Of a DNA stretch of 64,000 bases, positions 12,980 to 26,545 are shown piece by piece (the first letter of the stretch is position 1; each line of letters starts with the position of its first letter). The position numbers were made by a program, and so were the translations under genes. Under the pieces are notes generated by a model. The model was not told where the DNA came from. It made no database searches and was given only the letters and a program-made list of their open reading frames with translations. Source of the stretch: Sminthopsis crassicaudata (Eukaryota); assembly GCF_048593235.1 (NCBI RefSeq), contig NC_133617.1, positions 133,508,937-133,572,936 of the forward strand, read 5' to 3'.

Positions 12980-13447
12980 AGTTGTTGCTCAAGTAAGTTC
13001 TGGAAATTAAATCAATCACTTATCTTATAAGAAGTAGCTGGGTCATCCCCGTTATTCCCTCAGCCAGCTATAATTAGCAACGATGTCCCTCAGGCCAAAT
13101 AGCACAAAAAGTGCCTGAGTTAAATGAACCCTTAAATCAACCATAAGGGCAGAGCTGGGACACCCATTTTATAAGAAGTGATATTATGCTATTCAGCTCC
13201 TTAGGGAGTGAATAATTTGCTCAACTATATAAGGAGACCCTGAATATAGTAACCCTTATCAAGGAAGGGCATCATGATGTTACTTCTGAGGGGGCTGCCT
13301 CTTACAGAGAAACCGATCTCTGCCTAGAGAGACTAAGGACTGGAAACAGTAATTAACTTCCTAATTAAATAATCTTCTCTAATTACTTCCTATGCTGCTA
13401 AGTGAAAGTTCTATCAAAGTATAATAAAACACATTATAAATTCACAC
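12980..13447 (+). mobile_element. Solo LTR-like element
   Basis: TATATAA at 13226-13232, AATAAA at 13423-13428, ending in ...TTCACACA; the 5' boundary is approximate. Confidence 0.5.
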
Positions 13448-13490
13448 AAGTTTAGAAAAATCATTCTTTTAAATTAGTTTTCCCTCTAAA

Positions 13491-14030
13491 TGTTGGTGAC
13501 CTAGAATGAAATTCTGACCTCTCTACTCTAGTTATTCTTTTCTTGCTTTATTTTTTTAAGTTGAAACCTTCCACTATTCCTTTTGTATAATTCCCTTATT
13601 TTCAAGGGACAGGACAGAGAACACTAAGAATATCCAACAACAGAGATATCCTCCCTCATTCTATAGTCTTGCCACACCTTGGCCCATTATACAGTTATGT
13701 TCATATAGCATTTAAAGATATAGGATGTACTAGGAATCATCATTTCAACTAAACAGCAACCATAAGCATCATCTAGGAGGAGACCTTCATAGAATTTCTT
13801 AAGTTTATGTCTTGTTGGCCCAGAAAAGACCTTAAAGGCCAGTAATTTTGGGACTCCCACATTGAACAGGGCTTTCAATCACTAGACAAATTCTGGAAGG
13901 TTAAGTAGCCCCAGGGTAAAGAGCTAAAGTGCTGGCTTTGTTCTTTTAGCCAGAGGCTACAGCACGACCCATTTATCTCCAAGGACATTATCTTCTCACA
14001 TACTTTCCCCAGAATCCTGCTGAAGGGCAC
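13491..14030. mobile_element. Possible LTR/ERV relic
   Basis: TG...CA-bounded block of higher complexity between repeats; no diagnostic motif found. Confidence 0.3.
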
Positions 14031-14409
14031 AATACTGCAGATGGTTTTGGGGGGACAAGTTGTATCAGGAAGATAAGTTTTCTCTTTGAAAGAGTAAAGG
14101 AAAGATCTCTAAATGTTGATCAACTGGATGAGAAAGAATCTTAACACAAAAAACAACAAAAATCATTGCAGAAGTTTCTATTTTCCTCTCAGAAAGATAT
14201 GCCAACACATAAATTTGGATATGCTTCAGACAAAGAATTCTAAAAATGACTGGCATAAATATAGAAGAGGGAGTAGGTATTTTATTATGTTTTTTTCTTT
14301 ATTACATTATTACTATTATTATTACTACATTATTTATTATTATATTTAATTATTCTTACCCAGCAGAAAAATAACTCAGTCTTAATAATCAGCATCTGGG
14401 TGGTACAGT

Positions 14410-14670
14410 CTAGGCAGCTAGGTGGTACAGTGGATAGAGCACAGGGTTTAGAGTAAGGAGGATCTGATGTCAAACATTTATTGTATGGGTTACCCTGGGC
14501 CTCATTTTCACTCAGTTTCCCCATCTATAAAATGGGGTTGATGATAACAATACTTATCTCTCAGGATTGATTTTTTAAAAATAATTTATTAATTTTATAA
14601 TTATAATTTTTTTTTTTTTGACAGTACATATGCATAGGTTCTCAGGATTGTTAATGAAGATTGAGTGAAA
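14410..14670 (+). mobile_element. MIR/MAR-type CORE-SINE (host of a mini-L1)
   Basis: ggcagctaggtggtacagtggatagagcac head and ctcagtttccccatctataaaatgggg core. Confidence 0.8.
14570..14639 (-). mobile_element. Ultra-truncated 70-bp L1 3' end with 11-bp TSD
   Basis: TCTCAGGATTG at 14559-14569 and 14640-14650; the insert matches the L1 terminus near 61770-61820 (attaattttataattata...gacagtacatatgcat). Confidence 0.85.
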
Positions 14671-15438
14671 TGAGAAACAGAGGACTTCTCAGAATAATAT
14701 CTTGGAGAAAAGCAAGATTCAACACCAAGGGTCTGTTAAGGCTCTGGGAAGAAGAACAAAAGACTTGCTCTTCTAGAAGAAATATCTGAGATAACCTTCT
14801 GGATCTTTACTTAACTGCTTAGAGAAAAACATGACTAATTGTTTAATGGCCTGGAGATATTCAAGAGGCCTCCAAACTAGCTATCTCTATTTGTTGATTG
14901 AGGAAGCTTGAGGTAAACTAAGTCTCTTTGATTACTCTAGTTTATGGATTATTTACCTCTAAATAAATCTCCTTATTATGAGGGATTATATGGTTTCTCA
15001 TAAAAATATTAACTTAGACTGAACCTATAACCTAAATTTAGTTTATGAAGATCTGATGAGTTTGGAATATGATTTTTTTTTGTACAAATCTTATAATAGA
15101 ATGCTCATATTAGCTCAAGTAAGCATTTGTAAACCTTGTAAGGCTGACCACCATAAACCCATAAATTTAGGCAAACACACCAGCAAACATTTGTAAACCT
15201 TGTGACACTGACTACCATAAACTTAAGTAAACATCTGTAATAAGCCAACTATATCTGCTTGACTAGACTATAACAAACCTGTGCTATTTCCATCTAAGCA
15301 GGCAGTGAAAATTAACCAGATAAGGGGAGGGGGGGTCATGGATTCTTGTGGTTTATGACTATATAATCACCCTTAATTTCTGTGAAAATTGGTCTCCTCC
15401 CACTGGAGAACTCCAGTGAGTGGACTGTCTGCTTCTCA
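14671..15438 (+). mobile_element. Solo LTR with internal ~65-bp tandem repeat
   Basis: Terminal inverted TGAGAA...TTCTCA; TATATAA at 15360-15366; duplicated catttgtaaaccttgt...ctgac.accataaac unit at ~15123-15225; a MAR1-like tail resumes after 15438. Confidence 0.65.
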
Positions 15439-15684
15439 AATCACTCCACTATCTTTATCAAGAAAACCCCAAATGAGACTGTGAAGAGTTGGACATGACT
15501 AAAAACAATTGAACTATAACAACCCTATTCCTTAGGGACTGGTTTTAGTGCTCTGTTGCCTAGAGACTAGGAAGGGAGAACAAGGAAAAATGCTATTTCA
15601 AACCATTATTAAATACTTACTGTGTGCCAGGCATTATGCTGCAGTATTTTATAAGTATTATCTCAATTGATTTTTGCAACTTAC

Positions 15685-16074
15685 TGTTACCCAAAAATAA
15701 TATCACAAATTATGAGAGACTGCATTGCAACTAGATTTATTACAATAGAAATGAACATACATGTGAAACCCTAAGGAGGAGAAATCATGTATAATTATGA
15801 TGGCAAAAACAGCATTATTTTCCCTTAAGAACTGCTAGACCACGAAGATAAATAAGATGGTTTACTTATCTAAAAGGGTCCCAGAAGCACAAGTATTTTC
15901 CCAGTCTAGTATAGACCGACTGGTGCCTGCCTTGACTCCCAAGTTAGTGATACAAACAACAAATTATGTTGTCTTTGATACATTGAGGGCCTCCTGCATC
16001 CTCTAAATGCAGTGTTACTGGAAAATATGGCAACTCAAAAAAACAAATTCAGGGAATTTCAACATTCCTTAACA
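15685..16074 (-). mobile_element. Solo LTR inserted in a MIR
   Basis: Minus strand starts TGTTAAGGAA and ends GGTAACA; AATAAA near the 3' end; MIR halves flank it (15590-15680 and 16075-16210). Confidence 0.65.
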
Positions 16075-16804
16075 AATCTCATGAGATAGATGACATTATT
16101 ATCTCCATTTTGTAGATGAAGCAACTGAGACAACTGCACCAAATCACATAGCTAGTAAGTATTTGAAGCTGGATTTGAATTCAGGTCTTCATGACTCTAG
16201 GCCCTGAACTCTACTTTATCTAAGTGATTGATGCGGTCATTCAATATGTTAGCTATCTGTCTTACACCTTTACATCATCTGAAAATTTGTAGTTATATCT
16301 TTATTACAGGTTATGCACAAGAACAAGCTAAATAATTACTTATAAAAATAAAACAAGATGACATTTTAAAAATGAGTATTTAGTCTAGGATGTTAAAGAT
16401 AACATTCATGCTTTGGATAAATATTGGCTTCTATGACAACCAAGAGCTCTTAGAACTCTGATTTTTAAGAACCAGGAAGCCCCTTCCATAGTAGATATTT
16501 CCATCACCCACATATTAAAGCTCTTTACTAAAAGAATCCCTTTTTTCTCATCCATAACCTATTTATGCAAATTGCTCACTTAGTGGTATGAGTACTAGAT
16601 TTTTATTAAAATTTTCTGTTCCCTTATAACTTGAGGAAAGTCACTTCATCTTTTTGTATTATAATATCAAAATAAATTTAGGGAAAGGAAAAAAAAAGGG
16701 GGTGGAGAAAGTTACCAGGTAATTTTATTATATATTTAAAAGTAATTGCAACTTTTAATAGATTTTCAGTTTCATGTAGAATCATCTTTTTCTCCTCTCC
16801 GTTA

Positions 16805-17030
16805 TGTTATGGACATGGTTTGCTTATCAAAAATGGTCCCAGAAGCACAAGTTATTTTCCCAGTCTGGTGCTGGTCTTGATTCCCAAGGTTACACAAGAA
16901 ACCTTGGTTAGGGATACAAACAACAAATTATATCAGTTCAAACAATAAATTATGTCATCCTTGATACACTGAGGGCCTACTGCATCCTCTAAATGCAGCG
17001 TTACTGGAAAATATGGCAACTCACAAAAAG
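16805..17030 (-). mobile_element. Related LTR copy (same superfamily as 15685-16074)
   Basis: Core 16815-17023 aligns by eye with 15857-16037. Confidence 0.65.
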
Positions 17031-18219
17031 TTCTTTGCTTTGAAAAAACCTAAATAAAAATCTATTCTACTTTTAGTTATCTTTTAGTTTTCCCTTTATG
17101 CCTATTCTTTTGTAAAAAAAATATTCAGGACTACAGGTCTCATTTATAGAATATTTTAAGGCAAAAAAAATAGTTTTACTTTTTTGATTCCTACAACAAT
17201 CCTATAAGAAATTTAAAGCTTCTCTGACTTTACAAATGGGGAGCCTGAGATTAAGAGTAAATAACTTATGTAAGGTGACCCAGGTAATAAATTATACTAT
17301 AGAATTTAGGCTCAAAACCAAATCTTCTTAATGTAACTTACTCTTCCTGCTAAAATATGCATAGAATCAGAATATGCAGAACTGGAAGGTCATTTACTAC
17401 AGATCTTTTAATCTAACCAAGAACAATCACTTAATATTTGATTTAAAAAAAAAAACTGAGACCCACTAAAAAGATGTGAGAAATACACACTAAAACACTA
17501 ATAACTACAATAGGAAGAAGCTACTGGTGTAAACCTAGCAGAATTTATTGGTGATTATTTTCAATGAAGACAAATAAACTATTTTTTTTTTATTAAGGCT
17601 ATATAGGCCATTCTTCTTCCAGACTTCCCAAACTGTGAAACTACACTTCTCTCCAACTGTTTTTCCATTCTATATTTGTCTGTACTTGACATAGTGAAAA
17701 AGCTGGAAATATATGTTTCATAAATATAACCTTATATAACCATGAAGATTACCAAGCTTAGGTCATAATTCAATTTTCAAACCATAATTTCCTTCTTTAA
17801 AGTTAGTTACATAATTGAACAAATTTCCTATAAGACAGAAGTGAAATGTATCATGTTTAAAAATCTTCTTTATGAAATACTACATTTTGCTAACTCTAAA
17901 AATTAATTTAAATATTATGTATTTCATACATAAGATTATAGGGAGATTTGAATCCAATTCATTTAAAACTTTCCTCCATCCTAAGATTACAACAGACTCA
18001 GATTCTCAGGTCAATAATTATCCAGAATGTTAAAGGACTTCAAGAAAATTGATTTTATACTCCTCTTAATAGTTTTTCCAATATTTAACATCTCTAAATG
18101 ACAAAATCTTTTCTGTAACCTACATTTTTTTCTTTTTTAAAAATTTGTGGTGGTTTCTTTCTCTCTCTATGTGTGTATAGGCACACACATATATAATATG
18201 TATATATATAAATATGTTT

Positions 18220-18550
18220 TAATAGTAATTTATTTTATTTTTCCAAAAACATGTAAAAATAGTTTTCAACATTTGTAAGACTATGTATTCCAAATTTTTC
18301 TCCTTATCTCTCTCCCCCCCATATAGCAAGCAATGTGATATAGCTTAACTATATATAATCCTTTTACTATATTTCCATATTTGTCATCTTGTGTAAGAAA
18401 AATTAGGAAAAAGGAGAAAAAATCACAAGAAAGAAAAAGCAAGCAAGCAAACAATCATACAAATGAAGGTGAAAATACTATGCTTCAATCTTTATTTAGT
18501 CTCCATAATTCTCTCTCTAGATGAGGATAGCATTTTCCATCCAAGTCCAA
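18220..18550 (-). mobile_element. L1 3' UTR fragment
   Basis: ttttccaaaaacatgtaaaaatagttttcaacattt...aatgaaggtgaaaatactatgcttc...agcattttccatccaagtcca. Confidence 0.8.
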
Positions 18551-19169
18551 TAAACTTCTAAAAATGGATTGGACTTTCAATTTCAATGATCTAGGAAACT
18601 TGGCCAATGAGGAGTTAGTACAGTTCAATGGAAAGAACAGTTTAATGAATCAAATCCACTCAAAGTATAAGATATCAGGGTCAAATTGTTGGTGCATATC
18701 AGAAGCAGGGCTTAAATTCTGGTTTTGCAGATGCTCTATTATGCCATTCATATGACAAGTTAGATAGGAGATATGTGGATATGGGTATATATGCATATAT
18801 ACTTGATAGAAACAGATTACATATACACACATATATGCATTTATATACACACACTTAAAAACTATATTTTAAGTGCAATATCCTTTTTTAGTGTAAATAA
18901 TTTTAGCTTCATTCATCTTTTCCTGTAGATCTTTTTTATCCTCTGACAACTCATTTTTTGTATGGCTTTCTTGGTTGTTCTTTGAATTTTATTTAAATGA
19001 ATCAATTTTAGAACTTGATATTAATCTTTCAGCATTTTCTGAATATAGTAAAAATATAAATTCAATGTATATTATCTTCAGATTTTGTGTATTCCTTTAA
19101 AATATGTTTTAAAGCAATGAGTATTTTACAAGTTCTTTGTAGAATCTCAAGAATTGAAAATGCCTTCAG

Positions 19170-19340
19170 AGGTCACTTGTAGGCTCTTTAATTACAGGAA
19201 AATTTCTATTATATCATTCTTGGCCAAAGATCATCTGGCCCATGCTTCGAAACTTCCAGTGAAGGAGAACTCTCATCCTCCTAATGCATCTTATTCCACT
19301 TTGGGGCAAGTTTGTTATAAAGTTTTTCCTCCCATTTACA
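19170..19340 (-). mobile_element. L3/CR1 3' fragment
   Basis: gcttcgaaacttccagtgaaggagaactc...ttccactttgggg. Confidence 0.55.
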
Positions 19341-20905
19341 AGTTTTTTTCGTTCCCGTAGGATATCATTAGGTTAGAACAAGTGGCTTGAATCCATCAGG
19401 GCCATCTAAGTGCTCTTCAGTTTGACTTCAAATACAAAACATTGCCATTTCTGTCTTATTATTACTATTTCATTCATCATCTTGTTGCTTCCTCTTATTA
19501 GAATGTAACCTTCTGAAAGCAAGGATTGTCTTATATTTCTACTTTAATCCTCCATGCTAAATATAATGCTTTGAACATAGTAAATGCTTAATAAATGCTT
19601 TTACATTAATTTTCCTTGGCAAAAGTGGCAGACAATATCTTTCCATGATTATTACTCTAACATCTATTACCAAATGGCAGTCCAATGTCTTCTTTGATCT
19701 TACTCCAGCTTTTAGCATAGGGATAAAGAAAAGCTTTCCTGGTTTTTTGCTTGTTTTTGTTTTGTCTTTAGCATCCATTGTCAACATAAATTATCAAAGC
19801 TGATTATTATTTTTTTCAAATAGGATTAGACCACTCTGGCTTCTATCTTCCATTATTCAATTTTTCTTTATATTTATTTTTTAAAAGTCTCATTGGTTGA
19901 CAAACTTCCTGTGTATCCACCATGTTTCTTTTGTCCTGATTAGAACTATTTGTAAAATTGTGATAATATATTGGAAAACATATGACTCCTTTTAGGCTTA
20001 TTCTCCTAGATCCTTCCCAACCTTTCTTTGAAGTTGTAAAATCTACTGTCCCCAAATCTTTAGCTCACATTAGGCTGCACAATTTTTTTTTCTGCTCCAA
20101 AATGGAACAGTAACTTCCCCCTGAGCTTTGCACTCAGTAAGTGTTTGATCAATCTTTGGTATATTGTAGTGTAAAGTCCCCATCATTTCCTGTATAACAG
20201 TTAGTTACTTTTTATTAATTAACATCATATAAATTAGAAGCTCAGTTTTAAAGAATGAAATCAACATTAAGGCAAAACAAGAATTTAACCAATTCTGCTT
20301 TTGACTGAAAGAGTATCCTGATAGATGTCCAGTTGTTTGAAGTCCCATATCATGGCCAAATCATGCCATTCTTCACACTTTCTCATTAGTTACGTGTAGT
20401 CTATAGCATACATCTACAAAAGTATTATTGCTCTTTGAACTTCACTGAAATATTCTCTATCATGCCTATTTCTTTTAACTGATTTATTCATTTAACGGGT
20501 TTCTTCATTTAGGTGTCTCTTTTTTTCTTTCAATGTGTAATATAATCTTGTCATCTTTTTATCTACTCTTTTTCTCTTAAATCAGTCATTGATTGTTTGA
20601 TTCCAATCTCTCAGGTTCAATTCTAACAGCCAAGGAATCATCCTTTTCATAGACTAGTTAATTTTGAATCAAAAAGGGTCTTGGCCTATAACAAACAGAA
20701 TGATGTCTCCTCAGTCCAGTCACTGAAATGGTATTGGGTTTTCTCTCCTGAGATCTACTCTTCTGGACAGAGCCAAGTGAGGAAAGGTAGAGCTATCTGT
20801 ACTGCTCCCCCTATTCAAACAGATGGAGGTTAACTGGGTATCACTTCATAAATTCATTGACTTTGGATAAAATAAGCAACTAATAATGTTAATATATATA
20901 TATAC

Positions 20906-20944
<39 letters not shown>

Positions 20945-21255
20945 CATATCTCCTCATACAGTAGTACATGAGCATTAGAAAGTAGAACTGCACTACCATG
21001 AACCCTTAGTAACTTCTCAATTACAATATCATTAAATATGTGAGATATTACAATGACCTATATAAATGTGGTATTGATTCTACTTCTTTGGCAAGACTGA
21101 AGATTTAGCTTAACTTCTTAACATTTTCAGAATATGGCCATTAAGACCAAGGTGTTTAATGCACAAAGGTAAAGGAATAAACTTTAAGTAATGAGCGAAT
21201 ATAAACTAAATAGGCGAATTTTGCATGATGGGAGTCATGGTAATGAGGAGTAAAC

Positions 21256-21760
21256 TGAGGTCTAAACCAAGATGGGTCAGTTGCTTTTCTCTCTCTCCTT
21301 CCTTCCCCAAAGTAACCAAGGGCGGGTTCGGCAGCAAAGGAATTTGCTACTTAATGCTGTATGGAAACAAAGTCTTTATTGATTAGAATGGAAACACCGG
21401 AGAGCCGGTGGGCAAAATGGCTGCATGGTACAAGGCCAATTTTTGCAAAGAATACATTTTTGAGGACTCTGTTTTATACAAGAGCACAATCATTCAGATG
21501 CAGTGATGTAAGGAGGTTCCGGAGAGTGATGTAAATAAGATAAGGATTCTCTTGTTATCTTTTGGGGACAGACAGAAGTCTCTTCCCAAAAAGGAATTTC
21601 CTGCTGGCATTTGGTCTATCTGAGCAGATTAAAATGGGGGCTGTAAAACCCCAGCCAGCTCAGATAGCCCAAACTAGTTTGACCAGATCTTGTATCAAAG
21701 GTCCAAGTCCCAAAGGAAGTTAGAGATCAAACAAGGAATATCAAGGGGTTACTGCCCTCA
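21256..21760 (-). mobile_element. Relatively young ERV solo LTR (505 bp)
   Basis: Terminal TGAGG...CCTCA; minus-strand TATAAAA (21478-21472) and AATAAA (21380-21375); several CpGs retained; no clean TSD seen. Confidence 0.75.
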
Positions 21761-22369
21761 ACAATGATACCAGGACAAGTGCCCTGGGACAAGCTTTTAA
21801 AGGGAGAAATCATAGTCACTATCATCAGGGACTAAAATTAGAGGATGTGAAAGAAATTCATCTGAATAGGTTCCCATTGATAATTACTAGGAAACAGATG
21901 ATAGAAAACAAATCCTGATGTGGGTACAGTTTTCTCACTGCCTCATAGGGCTACATAAACAAATCAAAATGTTTTCTTTCCCACCTTATATTAAGAAGAA
22001 CTGGCTGCATTATGGGGAAAATGCCCAAAAGTATATAGCATGTTGGTCAAAAAAAATAAATAAATAAGACAGTCTCGGCAAACCCCATTTTACCTAGTTG
22101 GTTAAGTCCCTGTGAATCCTAAGAAAGCTTATCTTTAAAACAAGCTAAGTTTTGCACGGGCTAGAAAGCCTCAGAATTAGAAAAATCTAGGTTCAAGCCC
22201 AGTCTCTAACATATGTAGCCAGACTTGTTATCAAATGACCATTTTCTCTGGCTGACCTCAGGCCTATTATGTTCCCTCTCCTCGTCTCCATCAGGCTGTT
22301 GCACTTGTTTTATATCGTGATCTCTAAAGGCAAGAATTTCTGTGGCAAAGAAGGAAGAAGTAAGGCTTT

Positions 22370-22625
22370 GCTTCCTTTAAAGTCCCAACTAAAATCTTAT
22401 CTTTTAAAGAAAGCCCTTTCCCAACTCTTCATAATTCTAGTGCCTTCATTCTGCAAATTATTTCCTACTTATCCTGTATATAGCTTGTTTGTATTTATTT
22501 GTTTGTCTCCCTCCCTATGAGATTATAAACTCTGAGGGTAGTGACTTCTTTTGTCTCTTTTATTTTGGAAGTTCTTAGGACAATATTCAGCACATAGTAG
22601 GTGCTCAATAAATATATAATGATTA
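22370..22625 (+). mobile_element. L2 3' end
   Basis: gattataaactctgagggtag...cagcacatagtaggtgctcaataaat. Confidence 0.75.
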
Positions 22626-24851
22626 AGTAACCTAGTAGCAAAGAGAGGGGATGGAAAACCAGGATAATATTGACAATTTACCTGAAAACTGATTGATAAT
22701 TAATTTTTTTAGTGAGTCACATAGTCAGAAGCCAAGTCAATATTATTATTCATCCATCAGAAAGTCTAAGTATTTCTTCCCCTCCTAAGCCACTTTATGA
22801 AAAAAAATATTCAATGCTATGTTGACATTTTTATACTAATTGATATAACAAAACCTAAAGGGCCTACAAAAGCCTCAGGTGCCTTCTAAACAATAACAAC
22901 AACAATGTTTTAAAAGGTGAAATAATAATTTATGATGGTTGTTGCTGTTGTTTTTGTGGCACTACAGGTGGTGGCAAATCTTCAAGCTCCTAAAGTGAAT
23001 AACAAAAAGGAGTATTTTTTCTTTTGATGACATCTCACCTTTCTTTCTTCCAGGAAATGAATCCCTACTTCTAGAAACCACTTTCTTCTTTTTTTTTGCC
23101 AAAGAAATTCTTGCCCTTATGATCACCACAGAAAGCAAATGCATTCCTAGGGAATTTTTGCATTTTGAAAAGATTATGTTAGCCCAAATTACTAAGACAG
23201 TAATTGTTGACCCGGGACAGTCCCTGTATGCCTTGCTTCCTCTTTTCTTTCTCCACCTTCAACTTATATATCTGATACCAGAAAAAACTGGGGCCACCAA
23301 CTTAAATACTGGAAGATTACAAACTTTGATATTCATAATAATTTCCTATTAACCAGAAGATATAATTACCTGACCACCATAGAGGACAATCTTACCAGTA
23401 GCATATAGCACGAAAGAAGAAATGTACTTTCCCAAAGCAACTAAATTTTGGTTTAAATTGTGGGTAATATTCATTAAGTACTTTTATTTAGAATATCCAG
23501 GGACAGTAGGACAATAGGTGTTTTGATTATCAAATTGTCTTTCCAGTTACAGTACAACTTCATACCATTCCTCCTCCATTTAGCAATGGACTTGGCAAGG
23601 TTAAGTTCATGTGATATTTGGTCTAAATCCACCATGTTCTAAGAATTAAAAAGAATGACACTTCAACTTTTAAAAAATCAAGGGTGAAAATTGACCTAGG
23701 AAATGAGGTCTAAAATAGATAGAGAATATGAAGACATAAGCAACCTCTGTTTAACATCTAATGAAAGTCAATTTAATATTCTTATAGTTAATACTTTTTA
23801 AAATATCTGAAAAATATTACCAAATTCATCTTTCAGTCTTCAGAAAGATTCTGTTACAGCCTTTAAAATTCCAATTAATTCAGTGTTGTAGGCTACAAGA
23901 TAAATGCAACATATGGGAATGAGTCTTACACTTCCTACCTTTATCAACTGTGTTTAGTTCCATAGATAGGCTTTAGTTTTATTTTATTTTTTTGGCAATG
24001 TATTTTTTTTGGCCACAGGTCTATATCTTTATGCTGTGAGACCTTGCATATGAAATGAGAAATTTATCATATTTCCAGGAGAAAACAAATTCACTAATAT
24101 TGGGAAAGTCCATTACTTAAATAGTATTGTATCTTGTAATGGCTAAAAAAAAGATCATGAAAGGTAACCACTTCTGCCATTTATCAAACAACCAGTGTCA
24201 AACTATGCAGGTCATTCATTTAGGAGAAGCTCATTAAAATCAAAACATTCCACTGGAAACTGAAAACATGTAAAATCGCTTTCCTTATTTGAATTGCTTC
24301 TAAAATGCCCTGAAAAAAGGAATACAACTATAACCTGGCTACATTTATTTCCAGTTGATTTAAGATAACTGAAAATGATACTCCCTCAAAACAGTATAAG
24401 AATTGGTCTGAGGTGTGATAAACAGAATTCAAAGTCTTTAGTCTTCAATAATCTTTAAGGATGCCTTGCAAGTTTGTGCTTATTTTTGTCTACATGAGAA
24501 TCAGTACTATCCTCTTTATTCTTTTCCTTCCAGCCCCATGCTGTCCTATGAATACAATCCACCATCTTGTCTATTGAGAACACCTTGGTTCATACAGTTC
24601 AAATCAAGCTCCTTCCTCCCTATCTCCAATGAAAAAAATAAGACCTTTCCTCAATTTATTAAGGATAATCCCCCAAGAAACAAAAGGGTCATCTGTTGCT
24701 AATGAACAACTAAAAGGACTATGGGAGATAAATTTCTGCTCTTGCATGGCTGCAAGAACATTTCACAATGCTACATTTCAATGTCCTTCATTTCCAAGGA
24801 AAAGAGTCTCTAGACTAGAAGGCCTTAACATCCTTTAGAACATATACTGCA

Positions 24852-25206
24852 TAATGAACTGAACCAGCTGCATCCAGCAAAAGAACTCTGGGAGATAACT
24901 ATGAATCACTACATAGAATTCCCAATCCCTCTAATTTTGTCCGCCTGCATTTTGGATTTCCTTCTCAGGCTAATTGTACACTATCTCAAAGCCCGATTCT
25001 TTTTGTACAGCAAAACAACTATTTGGACATGTGTACATATATTGTATTTAATTTATACTTTAACATATTGCACATGTATTGGTCAACCTACCATTTGGGG
25101 GCGAGGGGGGGCAGAAGAGGAAAAATTAGAACAAAAGGTTTGGCAATTGTCAATGTTGTAAAATTATTCATGCATATATCTGGTAAATAAAAAATATTTA
25201 AAAAAA
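24852..25206 (+). mobile_element. 5'-truncated L1 3' end
   Basis: Marsupial L1 3' UTR and A tail; imperfect TSD AGAAC..ATACTGCA at 24837-24851 and 25207-25222. Confidence 0.85.
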
Positions 25207-25934
25207 AGAACCTAATACTGCAGTAATAATAGTTGTCAAGGTACACATTTTTTCGTTTCCAACTCTTTGCTACAAAAAAAAGAAGCAAGTAAAAACAAAA
25301 AGCAAAGTAATGAGACTATAAGCTTAACACATAGGATCATTTTAACATATTAAAGGATTAAAAATAATGCTGGAGAATTTTGGGAGCTAATTCTCATTAC
25401 TATTATCAAACACTATTACCATGTTTTGGCTTATTTTGGTACAGAAAGACATATGTATGTTTATATATGAATAAAAATGAAGAAAAATCAATGAGAATTC
25501 TTCTTCTGATGAAAATCATATACCTGATAAATGGGTTTTGATCACATATCTTTAGATAGAAAAATATTTTTGTTATGGTCTAAATATGTGATTTTACAGA
25601 AAAAAGAATATCTCTTTTTAAATGCAGATGCAGAAGAGCAAAGGTCTTAGCTAACAGTGGCTTGTGGAGGGTTGCACTGCCAGTAGGGATCTGAGGTGAG
25701 ATTTGAATCCAGGTTTTCAAAACTGAAGATTATCTTTTTGGCATGAATTTCATACCTAAAATAGTCCCTTTGCTAATACAAAATAATTAACAAATGAAAC
25801 TAAAATCAAAACTGTATTAAGAAATGAACATAATCAATGAAAATGTGACAATATGTTTCGATAGTTTTGTAACAAATTTAAAAGACTTGGGTGTGCAGCA
25901 AAACAGAAGCTGACTATAGGAAAAAAATGTATTT

Positions 25935-26545
25935 TGTAGTGGCAAAAAACTAGAAATTGAGTGGATCCTCATCAATTGAAGAATGGCCAAACAAGTTATG
26001 GTATATGAATGTTATGGAATATTAGTGTTTTATAAGAAATGATCAGCAGGATGATTTCAGAGAGGCCTGGAGAGACTTACATGAATTGATGGTAAGTGAA
26101 ATGAGAAGAACCAGCAGATTATTATAGACAGCAACAGCAAGTTTATACAATGATCAGTTCTGATAGACATGGCTCTCATTGACAATAAGGTGATTCAGAC
26201 CAGTTCCAATGGATCTTGTGATGAAGAAAGACATCTGGCAGACTGAATTCAGTGGGAACTGAATGTGCATCACAATATTATATTTTCACCCTTTTTGTTA
26301 TTGTTTGCTTGCATTTGTTTTCTTTCTCTTTTTTCCTTTTTTGATCTAATTTTTTCTTATGGAGCATGATATTTGTGGAAATATGTATACAGGAATTGCA
26401 TGTTTAACATATATTAGATCACTTGCCAATTGGATGAGGGGGTCAAGGGAAAGGAGGGGAAAATTTAGAGTATAAAGTTTTGTAAGGGTGAATGTCAAAA
26501 ATTATCTATGTATTAAAAAAAATTAAATAAAAAATTTAAAAAGAA
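25935..26545 (+). mobile_element. L1 ORF2 end plus 3' UTR
   Basis: gtagtggcaaaaaactagaaattgagtgga...cagagaggcctggagagacttacatgaattgatg...A-rich tail. Confidence 0.9.

Noticed and set aside
15685-17030. Two similar LTRs flanking an internal region, as in a TRIM or mini-provirus
   Set aside because: The interval holds the other half of the MIR interrupted by the first LTR plus an L1 tail, with no PBS or PPT seen, so these are independent solo insertions.
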